Assembly: GCF_004010195.1 (NCBI RefSeq)
Contig: NC_057718.1
Location: forward strand, 6,238,857-6,302,856
Reading direction: 5' to 3'
Length of the DNA stretch: 64,000 nucleotides
DNA from: Chiloscyllium plagiosum
Taxonomy: Eukaryota
A program made the position numbers and the translations under genes. Within the stretch, counting starts at the first letter, position 1. Each line of letters begins with the position of its first letter. Positions 1 to 14,610 of the stretch are shown one piece after another. The notes under the pieces were generated by a model. That model did not search any database and was not told the DNA's origin. It saw only the letters and a list, made by a program, of their open reading frames with translations.

Positions 1-177
1 TCCACCTATCGCATTTCCAACGCCCCTCCCCCAAGTCCCTCCTCCCTACCTTTTATCTTAGCCTGCTGGACACACTTTCCTCATTCCTGAAGAAGGGCTT
101 ATACCCGAAACATCGATTCTCCTGTTCCTTGGATGTTGCCTGACCTGCTGCGCTTTTCCAGCAACACATTTTCAGCT
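1..177 (+). mobile_element. Penelope-like element terminus (family A) with degenerate hammerhead core at 87-114
   Basis: CTGAAGAAGGGCTTATACCCGAAACATC followed by the gattctcctg...cttttccagcaacacattttcagct tail shared by many copies in this window. Confidence 0.65.
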
Positions 178-1287
178 GGTGTGTGTATGGAATGAGCTGC
201 CAGAGGAAGTGCAGGAAGCTGGCACAATTACAACATTTAAAAGGCATTTAGATGGGCATATGACTAGGAAGGGGTCAGAGGGTTATGGGTCAAGTGCTGG
301 CAAATATGCCTAGATTAATTTAGGATATCTGGTCGGCATGGCCAATTTGGACTGAAGGTTTGTTTCCATGCTGTACTTCTCTATGACGCTATATAAACCA
401 GACCACATAATGATGGAAACCTTCTTTCTTTGAAGTACATGGAAGCAGATGGATTTTTATGACCACTGGACAGTGTCATGTCCACTTTTACTGGCGCCAG
501 TTCTTTGCTTCCAGATATTTTGAAGCTGAAGTCAAGTTACCAAACTGCTGATGTTATCAACTCATAATTAATCAGGGAACCAAGGGCTGTGGGAAAAGAG
601 CAGGAAGGTGGATGTCAGGAATGTTGAATCAGCCATGATCCTATGGAATGGCGGAGTAGGCTCGATGGACTGAATAGCCTAATCCTGTTCCTTCTGATCT
701 TATGGTCTAACATTAACTGGATAACAATCAGAGACAAGAGCCCCAAACCACTGCAACATTCTAACCATTCTAACGTGACTGAAGTTAGGCTGAACTAATT
801 AGCTTCACTGAATCAGTCAACATTTTAAGATCCTTTCCTTTTGTCGCAAGCATTATCCTGTGGTAATGTGGTTAATAATCCATGCACATTGAGCGCAATT
901 TGTTTTTTTTTATTTGTACATGCTTGCACGAACAGAGACATCAATGCTCAGCCCAGTAACACATAGAAACATACACCCACTTTGCAATTTAATGGGGACC
1001 CGCCCAGAATTCTCAGAAGGTCCTGCAGAGGAATCTTCCCAAAAGGGTAAGTGTGAATGTCATGCAACTTTATAAACTTCAAAGGAAATATGCAACATCT
1101 GCCACTTTGTGAAGTATCCTATTACCTTGCAATATGAGAAAACGCTCAGCTGAGTTTTATTTAAAGCCAGCAACATGTATTTTCCTGTTCCTTGGAGTCA
1201 GGCTGCTTCAGGATTTGAATAAAAGAGGGAAACATGGGATCAAGCTCCATCTGAGAGCACCTAACCTGTTCCTTAGTGAAAGAGTCT

Positions 1288-1605
1288 CATAGAGTCCCTA
1301 TAGTATGGAAGCAGGCCATTCAGCCCATCAAGTCCAAACTGACCCTCCAAAGAGCGTTGCACCCAGACTCACCCCTGTAACCCTGCACTTCCAAGTTGAA
1401 TCAATCCAGCCTGCACATCCCTGGACACTATGGATAATTTAGCATGGCCAATCTACCTAATCTGCACATCTTTGGACTGTGGGAGGAAACAGGAGCACCC
1501 GGAGAAAACCCATTCAGACACGGGGAGAATGTGCAAACTCCATACAGAGAGTGGAATCAAACCAGGGTCCCTGACACTGTGTGGCAGCAGTGCTAACCAC
1601 TGAGT
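1288..1605 (-). mobile_element. tRNA-derived V-SINE (HE1-like)
   Basis: Reverse complement has a tRNA-like head (CTCAGTGGTTAGCA), the V-domain core gtggagtttgcacattctcccc and a CR1-like tail; many similar copies in the window. Confidence 0.8.
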
Positions 1606-2649
1606 CATTGATCTCTGATGTTCAAGATGTGGTCTGTGACCTGAACTGTCTGACAGCTTGGGTAGGGGCAAAAGATCTGAAGAAAAGAAGGGACATTCTT
1701 CCAGTATATTCCACATCATCAATAGCAGGTCACCTGATCACTTATCTCCTTGCTCTTTCTGAGGCTTTGTAACTATACTAGACAAGGAATTGGAATCTAT
1801 AGAGTGCCACAGGTTTTGTATTTAACAAGAACTATACATTGTGAACATCAAGAGTAATAAAATTGCATTGAGGTGAACAGGAATAGAACATGGTGGAGGG
1901 AGAAAAGTTAATTTATACTGCAAAAACGTTTTGCTACAGGCTGTATATGCTTGACATGGAATGGATATTGTAAATATTAAGGCCATTATAATTGTATTGA
2001 AGCCCCTATGAGATGAAAATTGTGGTGCTGGAAAAGCGCAACACACTTTTCAACTCTGGTCTCCAGCATCTGCAGTCCTCACTTTCTCCTAGTTGAAGTC
2101 CCTATGAGCCTAGTGCTGGGAAGTGGGACTACTGTAGATTTAGTGTAGATTTTAGGGGATGTAAAACTCTATGATTCTATGATAAGGGTAGAACTTGCTG
2201 TACGGAGATGAGTTGAATTTTGGTGCACCTTCTGAAACTTGCAACATTTTGGAATGTATTCCTCCAAATTTTATGCAATAAAATGTAATTTTAGAAATAT
2301 AAATTGCCTTGCTCTTTCTGAGAGCTTGCTGCAAACTCATCACCACCTTCTCAAGAGCAACCAATGACAGTAATAAATGCTGGCCAGCCAGCAACACCCA
2401 CACTGCATGAATGAGTTAAATAATTCCTGGTCACGACGTTCATGACAGCACTGAGTACGAATGGATTTCATCAACAGTGGAGTGCTTTGGGATGTCCTAA
2501 GGATTTGAAATAAATAAGGAAAAGGTGAGATTTGCATTTATGTCCCATTTGTTCGAGCAGTACTATCAATCTGAAAGTGCTTGAGAGTTAGGAACTAATT
2601 TTTGACGTGTAGTCACTTGCGTTATGCAGGAAACATGCACAGCAAGTGG

Positions 2650-2995
2650 ATGGCCTGGTGGTATTATTGCTGGATTGTTAATCCAGAGGCCCAGGTCATG
2701 TTCTGGGGACCTCAGCTTGAATCCTGCCATGGCAGATGGTGGAATTTGAATTAAACAAAAATCTAGAATTAAGAATCTAATGATGAACATGAATCCATTG
2801 TTGATTATTGGAAAACCCCACCTAGTTCACTAAATGTTCTTCAGGGAAGGAAACTGCCATCCTTACCTGGGCTGGCCTACATGTGACTCCAGACCTACAG
2901 CAATGTCGTTGACTCTTAACTGTCCTCTGGGCAATTATGGATGGGCAATAAATGCTGACCTAGTCAGTGCCACCCACATTCCATGAATGAATAAA
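2650..2995 (+). mobile_element. Second tRNA-derived SINE family
   Basis: tRNA-like head and body ending in AATAAA; related copies near 18430-18910, 28425-28830 and 44470-44780. Confidence 0.6.
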
Positions 2996-5133
2996 ACAAG
3001 TACCCAGAGCATCATGGTTAACTCCCTCTTGCTCTTCTTCAAAAGAGTGCCAAAGTATTTTTCAACTGTGAGCTGAGAGTTCAGTCATGGCCTAAGCATT
3101 TCAGGGAGTCCAGCACACCCTCAGTGTTAGCAATGATGTGTTAGCCTGGAATCTTGTGCTTAGGACCTGGGATGAGACTTAAAGCCAGAATCTTGAAACA
3201 TCTTTGCTACTAACTGGACTGCAGCTGGTACAAAGAAACAGTAAAATTGCAAATCTTTCCTCGGTGTCTTTTGCATCTCACATTTCCTTAACGTGTCAAA
3301 ACGCAGGAGAGGAAACTTGCTAACAGTCACTTTCATGATGCATTGGCATCATAATGCGGGATAAAATAGAGCAGATGAAGATTTTCACCTGCCTAGGTTT
3401 GGGCTGGATAATTAACATCTGCATACAAGAAATTTATAAAAATGCATACTATTTTTATTTTACTTTGCAACCAGAAATTCATTTTATCAAGGCCCTGAAA
3501 TTGCCTGTTCCTACATGTTCCGTTGCCTCCAGGATTGAACCATAACCCTATCACAGAATTCCCTCCCATCCCCTAAGTTGCAAGAATCAATAGCTGTAAG
3601 AAATGTTGACGTTTCTGCTCTGTCAGGAGAATTTTTTTTTATCCCTGTTCCTCGCACTATGTTGGGCTCTGGTCTACAACCCCTGCCCCACCATTCTGTG
3701 TCTTACAGCATTCTTTGTGAGATTTCCACTGTGAGCTCCCCATCCCCACATCCCCAATAACCCAAAACTATAATAAGTTGTAATGTTTGGCAGATAAAAT
3801 TGCTAAAAGTTTCACAATGTTGAAAATGACCAGACTTCAGTAATCATAACACTACATAATTTCCACTCATCTCCCTTCTATTGACAATAAACATCTCTTG
3901 CCTGCACATATGTTAAGCATAATCACAGATACCTGGGGATGGTTATGATGCAGTAATCGTAACACACAAATAATCATAATGACATTTGGACAGCATGCAA
4001 CATCTATGAATGTGGTACCATCTTGAAATAATTCAAGTATTTCTTCATTTGTTTTTGTTTGTTACAGCGATGTTTATAAAAGGATGATCCAATTTGGTTC
4101 CAGTTTCTCTTCTTGTGCTGACACCAGTTTCATCATAGTCTGACAGAGAGTTTGCTCCTGGCTTCCTGATCACCTTCCCTATAAAGTTAGGCTAGGGAAA
4201 CTTCATGCTAAGAACTGCGATCTATCAAAATGGTCTAACGCTGCATGTGATTCCATATTTCCAACGCATCTACCTTTGGAGGAGTAAAGGATAGAGCAAG
4301 GTTTTTCAGAATCTTACATCAAGGGGTTAACTGAATTGGGTGCAGTATATAATGGTACTGCCCGCATGTGGTCTTAAAGAATCATTTGTCCTCTATTTGT
4401 GTCCCTTTCAAGAGCAATTAATAATTGTGGTGGAGGAATATAACTCTATTGCACGATAGTAGTAGGTAATGGGTCACCACATCTCAGACCAGGAGCAAGG
4501 TTGAGAAGGCAGGACCTTCATGCACCTTCAACTGGTGTGGGAACTGAACTGCACTATTGTTGTCACTCTAGCCGACCCTCACCATGGATATACCCATTAG
4601 TTAATTGCTGGGAAATGATATGTAATTATTAATTTTGCCTGAGGATCCCATGAGACGCCACTCTCTAGGTCAAGATGTAGACCCAGTAGTATATGGCCAG
4701 TGTTGTTATTTTATTGCTACACGATTTTCTCTCAACAGCAGGGCACGACAGTTGGGCTGTGATGTTTGGGATTTAACTGGCTCAACGATTGTTGCATTGA
4801 TGTTATTTGTGCTCTGCCTGAAGGCAAGTCTGGGGCTGACTGACTGCTGGTGATCCATCCTGGGCTGTTACTTTCGTCAGGGGTGGCTAGTCACTCCCTC
4901 CCACTCTCAGGGGCTGGGCATGTTGGCAGGTCCCAAGTCTAGTTAAACTGGAATGGAGATCAAACAGCTGCGCTCAGCATTATTCAAAAGAACGTTCTTG
5001 CCTTCCAGCCAACTGAACCAACTGGACCCCCCAGTGTGGCCTGACTCCACTGTGTAAACTTGTTAAAAATTTATTCTGATGAGGTTATTAAATTTTCTCA
5101 TTTAATAATTTAATAATTTTGTGTGAAATGTAC

Positions 5134-5406
5134 CTTCTTTAGTGGTGCCTTCTCCAACTAGCGGTTGACCAACAAGAGTTTGGTATTCAGGTATAATTGT
5201 CACTGAATACTTGGTGTCTGGGAGCAGGTTCTGGAGGGTTGTCCATGTCTCCAGACCTCCAACAGTCACTTCCTTGCTCTCGCCTCCCAAAACTGGTCTG
5301 TACGCCACTCTGTATTGCTGAACATTCCCGGGAGCAGCTGTCCACCTGACCTTGAAACTGTCTGTGGTTTCATCCAATACCTCCAAGTTACTCGGTGACC
5401 CAACCT
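5134..5406 (-). CDS. COL12A1: Collagen XII coding exon 11, FN3-4; gene continues beyond the window start
   Basis: 273 nt, ccacag| and |gtacat, translation VGSPSNLEVLDETTDSFKVRW...LLPDTKYSV. Confidence 0.96.
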
Positions 5407-5809
5407 CTGTGGTGAAACACAGAAAAAAAACAGCATTGTTAATAGCAAGGAAAATATCACATGGGCTCCACAGAGAGGGGTACCAGTGGTCTGCTGGTTA
5501 AGGAGCTAGATCTGAGGCAACAAAATCCGAATAATTCACGCACCATTTCACAAAACGTGTTGCTTATGTTCGTGAACCAGGATGCATCAGACAGCCCATA
5601 ATATTATGGGGATACATTAATAAAAAGGCAATGATATTCCAGATTTCAGTCAGCTATCAATTAGCTTGAATTTCACATGTTTATATCTCAATTAAAACCC
5701 TCAAACATGGAACTCCGTCACATGTGTTCTGCACGTTCAACAAACAAAAAACTGGTTCAATTCTTAATTTATTTATTTGTTTTTTTTTAAAGAACATTTT
5801 AACCCAAAA

Positions 5810-6400
5810 GAACAGGAGCAGGAGTATGTAATTCAGTCCCTTCAGCCCTCTCTGCCATTTAATACAATCATGGCTGATCTGACCTCAGCCTCAACTCCAC
5901 TTTTTTGCCAGCTCCCCATAACCCTTCAACCGATTCCTAATTAAAATCTATCTCCTCCTTAAATTTATTCAGTGTTCCAGCATCTATCATGCCCTGGAGT
6001 ATGTAGATCCACAGATCTACAACCCTTTGAGGGAAGTTGTTTCTCTTCATCTCTGTTTTAAATCTGCCACTCATTTTCCTAAAACAATGACCTCTCATTC
6101 TAGATTGCGCCACATGAGGAAACATCTTCTGTATGTCTATCTTGTCAATTCCCTTTAGCATCTTATCTACCTCAATCAAGTCTTCTCTCATCCTTCTAAA
6201 ACCCAGTATCAATCGCTCTTCATAACTGAACCTCTCATCTCTGGAATCAATTGAGTCAGCCTCCTCTGAACTGCCTCCAGTGCAACTACATCACTCCACA
6301 AATAAAGGGACCAAAATTGCATGCAATACACCAGTCACTAATGCCTTGTACAATTGCAGCATCACTTCCCTACTTTTTTTTTACAATATACCTTTCGCAA
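5810..6400 (-). mobile_element. CR1-clade LINE 3' fragment
   Basis: ORF2 C-terminal remnant RRMREDLIEVDKMLKG...RGHCF...FPQRVVDLW. Confidence 0.85.
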
Positions 6401-9400
6401 TAAATAACAAAACTCAGATCATATGTATGAAGAATCAAGTATTCCTTCTATGACCTAGCTGACAAGTCTCACATTTTTACAATAAAGCCCAGACAGTCTG
6501 TTCACCCCCCCCCCACCAAAGGATTAAGTCCTTCAAAACTAGGTTTAAGAACGGGATCCTTTATATAGTCTGGTCTCTAGGTTTAATTTTGGGAATTTGA
6601 CTGTTGCAAGTGTTACATCCTGAATCAGCAATCATAGCTTGGGTATGAACGATGTTCTACCTTTCAACTGAATTAACAATGCATTAGTCTGCTAGCCTTA
6701 ATAAAATGCAGCAGGCTCTTAAAAAAAATTAACTCTGGAATTCTACGGCACAGATCAAGGCCAACTGGCCCATTGTGTGTGTGCTGGGTCTTTTAACAAT
6801 ATTCTCCAATTAGTCCTATCGCCATTTCTCTTTCACCATAGATCTGCAATTTCTTCCTGTTCAATCCTTGTCTGATTTTTTTTGGATATTAATTATCTGT
6901 TTGAGCCCAAGATATTTCTGCATAAATGTACCCAGCCTAAAACAAGCAATCATGTGAGGGCTAGGGTGCTCAAATATTGGACAGGGATATTATACAATAC
7001 CATTATGTAAGCCACAAGTGAATGCAATGGATTTAGCAAAATGTGTGAGCAACATGATGCCTGATTCCCCATATGATCTGAGAGCATCTCAAGGTCAGAG
7101 TTATAAACTACAGTCAGCACATCAGCTGCTATGCTCTAGTACAAGGGTAAATTAGAAGTTTTCTTGCTGACTGCTACATGATTTATGTACGATGTTCAAG
7201 TGATTGTTTTGCCAAAATATGTTTGTAGACCCCCATGACACCAACGACTGGAGCCAAGATAATGTTACTTGCATCTAAGCCAGTTGCAATAAGTACTTTG
7301 ACAATTTTTTTAAAAAAACAGAATTAACTGTGTTTTTCTTGCACATAAATAAACTGAATGACTTGTTGGCATTGATTATTAACAGGATAGATACTTGTTT
7401 ACATGGGAGTTTCACATACTTATACAAAATTAAAGCCACTATTCCTCTATAGAAACAACAATGATTTTCAATAATGCTAAAAACAAGATTTTTAATTTAA
7501 TATTAAATGTAATTCAAGCTCACTCCCTTTGAAAAGGTACCTAGGGTATAAGAGGATATCATATCCCTCAAGGGATATGATAGCTAAGTGAACAGGTTTG
7601 CAGTAGCACAGGTTTTATATTTTATGGGATTAGATAAATAAATCTGAAAAATGATAAACATTTTGGTATTTCATTTGGCATGTACTTAAGTGCTTCTAAC
7701 AAAGCAAGTGCAGATTATAATATTATTAACCCCGCAGCTTTTCCAAGTGATGGTGGAAATTACATAGGACGTTACAGAGTGTACATTCACAGGAAAGAAG
7801 AAAGACAGGATTATGAATATTGTCATGGAGGTTGCCCACAATTGCTGTAAATGATATTCATTTTCTTTTAATAGATCATGGGATGTCAACATCACTTGCA
7901 AAGCTAAAATTTGTTACCCATTCCTAACTGCCCTTAAGAAGGTAGTGGTGAGTTGCAGTCCATCTGGTGTGCAACTGCCTATGTGGCGTTTGCACATTCT
8001 CCCTGTGTCTGTGTGGGTTTCCTCTAGGTGCTCCAGTCTCCTCCCATAGTCCAAAGATGTGTCGGGTGGATGGATTAGCAATGGGAAATGCAGGGTTACA
8101 GGGATAGGCTAGGGGGCCAGATCTTAGTGAAATGCTCTGCAGAGTGTCAATGTGGGCTTGATGGGCCGAATGGACTGCTTCCATACTGTCGTGATTGTAT
8201 GATTCTATGGTGTAGTACACACACATGGCTGATAGAAAGGCTTCACCAGGAGAAGGTTCAATAATTAATGGAATCTTGACTTTTTTGCAAAGGTGAACTA
8301 ATTACTAAAATTGGATTCTGGTCAACAATATCCAACTACAGCAAAGATACAGAAAATGTTTCTCTTCAAACAATTGTCTGAAATCGCTCATTATTCTCAT
8401 TCTTCTACCCACACTCTTGTGACGAAGTGGACAAGTTCTGTGATCTCACCCCAACTTACTGCTTGGGAAAGGCTCTCCTGGACAGCTTCTCTCCAAACTC
8501 TACTGCCCTAATGCTGTCCTGCATCAAGTCCTGTTCACCATCACCCCAATACTCAATATCTGACAATATCTCTCCTTGTTCTAATGCCTTTACTTAAACT
8601 TGTTAATCTTACATTTAAAACCGATCATCCACCCTAACTTCTGTAACCTTCTGCAGCCTAATTACCCTTCAAGAACTTTCACCAATTCTGGCACCTTGTG
8701 CACTGCCAGAGAGCAACTGTTAACTAGTTTGGAGAAAATTACTGTTTGGTCTATTTTAGGCTCTGCTGGATATGTTATTATATCCAGGTAATAAGGATCA
8801 GAATGCTCCAAGCAAAGAGACCAAGTTATATGTTCAAGGGACTTGGAATGATGATGTTCATCAAAATAAATTGCAGCAATTTATTGATTTCCAAAGATTG
8901 ACTGGATAATAAATAACTACACTTTAAGAGAAAGACAACTGTGAAACATGCATTAAATAAACACTGAACTAACATCTCTAAAAAATATTCAAATGGAGTC
9001 AAGGAATCCAGTCATAGCAGAAGGCAAGAAAGTGATATTAAATGAAACTCTGATTTGGAGAGCCAGTGTAAATATGATGGGCAGAATGGTCTCCTTCTGT
9101 GCTATAACATTTCTGTGATTCTTTAAAGGAGGTTAGCTTTGGTGGATGAAATTGGGTAGACAAACCCAAGAGGTTGTCAAAACATATCATCCATTCAACA
9201 TGATCACCCAAATTCAAGATCTTCCCTGGTCGGTTGTGTCAAGAAATAATACACACTCAATTGATGACCTTTTACCGTGAAAGACTTTAAATGGTACCAG
9301 AAACATTTGAAACAGTTTAGTCTGCCAGTTTACACCTGTTTTAAAATAACAACGTTCACAAATTTGCACCTAAAAGTAACAGCTACACTCTGGGAGCACA

Positions 9401-9519
9401 ATAAATTAATGTAGCCATGATGTCCTCTGTGTATTTGAAGTTAATTTGACAGGTTGTATAAATATCACTAGTTATGAATGAACACTGTTCATACAGTAAT
9501 CATGCTGAGTAATCATGTT

Positions 9520-9828
9520 GCCACAGTGGCTCAGTGGTTAGCATTGCTGCCTCATAGGACCAGGGTCCCAGGTTCAATTTCAGCCTCAGGTGACTGTCTG
9601 TGTGGAGTTTGCACATTCTCCCTGTGTCTGTGTGGGCTTTTTCCGGGTGCTCCGGTTTCCTTCCACAATCCGAAGATGTGCAGGTCAGGTGAATCGTCCA
9701 TACTAAACTGCCCATAGTGTTAGATGCACTAGTCAGAGGGAAATGGATCTAGGTGGGTTACTGTTCGGAGGGTCAGTGTGGACTGGTTGGGCCAAAGGGC
9801 CTGTTTTCACACTGTAGGGAATCTAATC
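9520..9828 (+). mobile_element. V-SINE (HE1-like)
   Basis: gtggctcagtggttagca A-box, ggttcaattt B-box-like motif, V-core and ctaatct tail. Confidence 0.8.
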
Positions 9829-12746
9829 TTTTGTTTTTACTTGAACTAGGCAAGGAATGTAGAATCTCTTGGTACAACCAAGGCTAAGAAACCCTACAGA
9901 ATTCTGCAAACCTCAGTTGTATCACACAAAACATTTTATCGACGAACGTGATATTGAAAAGTGGGCCTCACAAGATGCATTGTCCTATCTCTCTATAGTG
10001 GCATAAAACTGACCTGAGTGACTTCCTCTGCTCATTTCAGAGGGGAATGAGATTTACAGAGAAGTCAGAATGCATCAGAGCACCAAGTTCCCTTTCCTTA
10101 AGGAAGTTACTTGGAGCCAGGTGAGTTTAAACAAAAATCCAACAACTTTTGTGGTTGGTTTTTCTCTAGTGAAAGACTAAAAGTTGCACATTTTTTTCAT
10201 GCAAAACGACAGACTTTTATTGGGATTGGTTTCAATCTCACTCCTAGTCCAGATTCCTCATCACCTACACTCTCACACTGTGTACTTATAGAAAACCTAA
10301 GGCAAGTACTGGGGTTAAGTTGTAGAATCATTAGGTTTACAGAAATCTCTGGTAGATACAGATCACCCATCATCATATTGAACGACAGATCATACAAACT
10401 TAAGGTCTGCAAGACATCCACTAATTCCTTAGGGTTTATGTTAACCTTGGGAATAAGAGTGAAGAGGATGCAAGTACATTGAAAGGATTTGAGTGTATCC
10501 AGATTCAGCAGAGGACACAGTCCAGTGGCAGAATCTATATCGCTCCACCTTTTGTGAAAACCCTCTTGAAGCAATTTCATTTTGTTTAGTTTGATTTTAT
10601 TCGGGAGACGCAGGTTATGAGGAAAGATTGCAAAGCAGGCTTTCCATCCAAGATCCGCACCATTTTTTAATCAAACAGATATGGCCTTTTCTCAAGTCAC
10701 TGCGATGTTGATTCAAAGTGGTGGTTTATAATGCTTTCTCCAATTAAACTTCACAGTTGACTGGCTCTGTTGTTTCTTTCAGTTTAATCTAAGAGGCACT
10801 TGATGCTTTTACTTTGCTGGCAGCAATGACAACCATTCGTCCCTTCCCTTCACCACCCCGAGACCATTTACAAAGCAAGAAACAGAGAATGTGGCATCAT
10901 TGAGATTAAATGAGTCAACTTTGTTTGGTGTTGCCTGCCAGGAGATGATTGCAGTGAGCCCCTGGAGATTTCACATCTCACAGTTCATCTGAGTTCTGGT
11001 CTGGTTTGAACTGATATGAAAGTTAGCAGTTATGTAAAGCAACAAGGTAAAGAGTAACAATGAGCATTTTGGTGGTAGGGTTAAGTTAGCAGATGGTCTG
11101 ATGTGTAATGTAGATTTGGAGACATCACAGGGTTCGATTACTTGATCTCAGGAGATATTTTTGAGCATGTGAACTGGTACCAGAATCTCAGCTAAGCAAC
11201 AAGGAGAAGCAATTTGTCTTCCTACATTAAATTATTAGTGACTCTACCCTGCTGGAAAATATTATTTGCACCCATGCATTGGCATGATTGCCTGTTAGGA
11301 TATTTACATTGGGCATTTGTGATGTCTATGGACATGTTGGCTTGCTTGTATGTATGCTAATGTGTGCACATGCTAGTGTTCATGTATGTTGAAGTGAGTA
11401 TGTTGGTATGTGTACACTCATGTCTTTGTGTGCATGCATGTTTATGCATTCATTATTGGTGTGTGCCCACATTGGCATCTGTGCATATTCATGTGTGATT
11501 ACAATTGGGATTTGTATGCTTTGTAAGTTTGTGTATAGAAATACTACATGGGATAAAGGAAAGATTATAAAATCGCAGACAAATCTTATGAGCTTTTTCC
11601 TAAAAATCTTCACAGGAGCAGCAGCAAAGTTTCAATAGCCTAGAACCAATCTTTTCAGCGATTACTCTCCTCAAGGGATAAGAGAAGAAAACTGTGAATT
11701 AGAGGGGAGTTGTGAAATGCTAACTAGTGCAGAGTACTGTAAATACAGTTAAATTGCTTAAATTAAAACTGCTCAGAGATAGAAAGACATTTAATATAGT
11801 TTGTAGATGAACAAAGCTAGCAGAGGAATCTAAAAGTACAAAGAAGAATTCTTGGAAGCCTTATTTTGAAGGGAGGAAGGAAATGAAATGCTGCAGTTGC
11901 AAAGGGCAGGGTGTGATGTCCAAAAGGCACTTTTGCAGATGAAGAGGAAGGGGAGAATGGGCATGGGCAGCACCAAACACGCGGAGAGTTTCTGAATGGA
12001 TGCTGATGTGCGATGGGGTGGGAAGTCATGAAATAATCTGGCAACCACTGAATCAAATACATTTCACTTTTGTGGCAATAGCTGCATGGGCAGGCTGTGG
12101 TTTCATGTATGAACATCTTCAAGGAATGCAAACTGCCCTCAAAGCATCAGCATTGTTCAAAATGGGGCAGTTACCATTGAAAGATTGGCAAGAGGCTACT
12201 TGAGTGAGGAACAGCATAACAGTCCTGCTTGAAGGCACCCTCAGTGATGTCCATACACTTGCATAAAACCTTACACTCACACTGTATGGTTTGAACTGAA
12301 GATTACAGAGGGGTAATCATAGTATTAAGAGTGTATCACAGACTTTCAGACATAAGGAAACTGAATAGCAAAAAATGCTTTGAGAAAGGCAAAAAAAAAA
12401 TCAAGAAGTAATAACTGGCCTATTATTAATGTCGATACAATTCAGATAAAAGCAAAGCAAAGAGAAAATTGATGAAGGTTTATGTCTGAAACATTGACTC
12501 ACTTGCTCCTTGGATGCTGCCTGATGTGCTGTGCTTTTTCCAGAGCTACACTTTATCAACTCTGACTTCTCCAGCATCTGCAGTCCTCACTATCTCCAAA
12601 TAGTTATTAAAACAAGCACAGTAGTTTTTAGTGTTGCCTGAAATTTTACATTCAGACTGAATTCTCAAACTGCAAATGATGGCATGTAAACGCTTATTCT
12701 CTAGATAATTACCACTCCATTCCTGAAAACAACAGCCATACAATAC

Positions 12747-13019
12747 CTTCAAGAGTAGTCTCTTCTCCTTCTAGAGGAAGGCTGCTGCCTTCAGTATATT
12801 CTGCAATCACATTGACCAGGTAGGTCGTTTCAGGCAAGAGGTCAGTCAGGACTCTGGTCGTCTGGTCTGCAGGCACCCGGATGGAAGTGAAATCACCTCC
12901 TACTGCTACTTTATACTTCAACAGGTAGGACAGGACATCTGGGCCAGCTCCGGTCCAACTCACTCGGAAACTGCGAGATGTTACCTCGGAGGTCCTCAAA
13001 TCTGTGGCTGCCGTGAAGG
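12747..13019 (-). CDS. COL12A1: Collagen XII coding exon 10, FN3-3
   Basis: 273 nt, ttgtag| and |gtattg, LLPETTYLV FN3 motif. Confidence 0.96.
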
Positions 13020-13559
13020 CTACAATCAGAGAAAGAGACACCAATTATTTACTGGTTCTGTCGGAATGATCAGACCTTATTTTTAATGTTTCATTGTCTA
13101 TTTGTGCCCATCATTGAGAAGGCTTTCAATGATAACTTATCTCTGATTCCATAAATCGACACTTTCACATTCACTTGAATACCATTACCATATTCAAGGG
13201 TGTAATAGACAAACTTTTGATTCCTGAAGAAGGGCTTATGCCCGAAACCTCGATTCTCCTGCTCCTTGGATGCTGCCTGACCTGCTGCGCTTTTCCAGCA
13301 ACACATTTTTCAAAACTTTTCATCAGTAAGGGAATCGAGGCATATGGGGATAAGGCAGGAAAGTGGAGATGAGGATAGTCAGATCAGACATGATCTCACT
13401 GAATGGCAGAAGAGACCTGATAGGAATAGAAGTACACTATTTGGCCTATGTCTTCTGGTCATTTCACGTTGCTGGATCAAAGCTGTTTAACCTGAGCACC
13501 AACATTTATCAATAAGGCAAAAGGAAAATCAAAAGTTGATTGTTCAAAGAAAAGCCTGA

Positions 13560-13870
13560 CAGTGGCTCAGTGGTTAGCACTGCTGCCTCACAACACCAGG
13601 GACCTGGGTTCAATTCTAGCCTTAGACGACTGTCTGTGTGAAGTTTGCATGTTCTCACCATGTCTGCGTGGGGTCCATCCCACAGCCCAAAGATGTGCAA
13701 GTTAGGTGGACTGGGGATGCTAAATTGCTCATTGTGTCCAGGGATGTGCAGGCTGGGTGAATTAGCCATGGGAAATGCAGGGATGGGGTGGTCCTGGGTG
13801 GGATGCTCTTCTAAGGGACAGTGTGGACTTGATGGGCCAAATGGCCTGTTTCCATACTGTAGGGATTTGT
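13560..13870 (+). mobile_element. V-SINE (HE1-like)
   Basis: Same head, core and tail as the other copies. Confidence 0.8.
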
Positions 13871-14069
13871 TGTTAATGGGAGCATTCACTTGTTCCAAAT
13901 GTCATTGCCATCTCTTCTAGGATAAGAAGTAAGTCACACTGAATAGTCACCAACAAGGTGTTCCTGCCATGAATTAATATTATGTGATATTAATAATTTG
14001 CCTATTAACACAGTTGTGAGACATTTATTTGTTACTTTAGCTGAATGCTGCAATCAAATATGAGGGGTG

Positions 14070-14610
14070 ACCACCCACAAAAAAACTGCCTGAACCAATT
14101 ACTACCCAAGCTGCACGGTGACCCGAGCAAATCAGACGTTGAGAGATCTGCATCAAGTAGCACACCTGCTGACTCCCTAGTGTCTGTTCACCATCCGCAT
14201 GATTCAAGTCAGGAGTGTGATGGAATGCTCCCCCTTGCCTGAATGAGTGCATTTCCAACAGCACTCAAGACTCTATCCTTGCCCAATCAGCAACCCATCC
14301 ATTACCTGAAACATTCACTCCCTTCAAGATTGATGCACAGTGGCCACAGTGTGTAGATACAGAAGATACACTGCAGTCACTTGTCAAGACATCTGAGGCA
14401 GCACCTTCCAACCCACAACCTGCCACCATCTAGAAGGACAAGGGCAGCGGACGTATGGGAAGACCATCAATTGCCAGTTCCCCTATAAGCTTCTGAATTG
14501 TCTTGATCTGGAACAACAGCACTGTTCCTTCAGTGTTGCTGGGGTTAAAATCCTGGAATACCCTTTCTAAACATTACTGTGATGCACCAACGATACAGGA
14601 ACTGCAGTGG
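14070..14610 (+). mobile_element. Decayed L2/CR1-group LINE 3' fragment
   Basis: Remnant translating to QVRSVMECSPLA, plus a 3'UTR shared with the copy at 22620-23370. Confidence 0.6.

Noticed and set aside
1..5133. Search for the next FN3 exon
   Set aside because: No FN3-like frame with splice sites found; the exon presumably lies beyond the window.
9524..9600. tRNA-like sequences
   Set aside because: They are SINE heads that run into the SINE body and lack a complete cloverleaf.
9478..9717. Recurrent ORFs of the type VAQWLALLPH...GDCLCGVCTFS
   Set aside because: They are translations of V-SINE copies, not a protein family.
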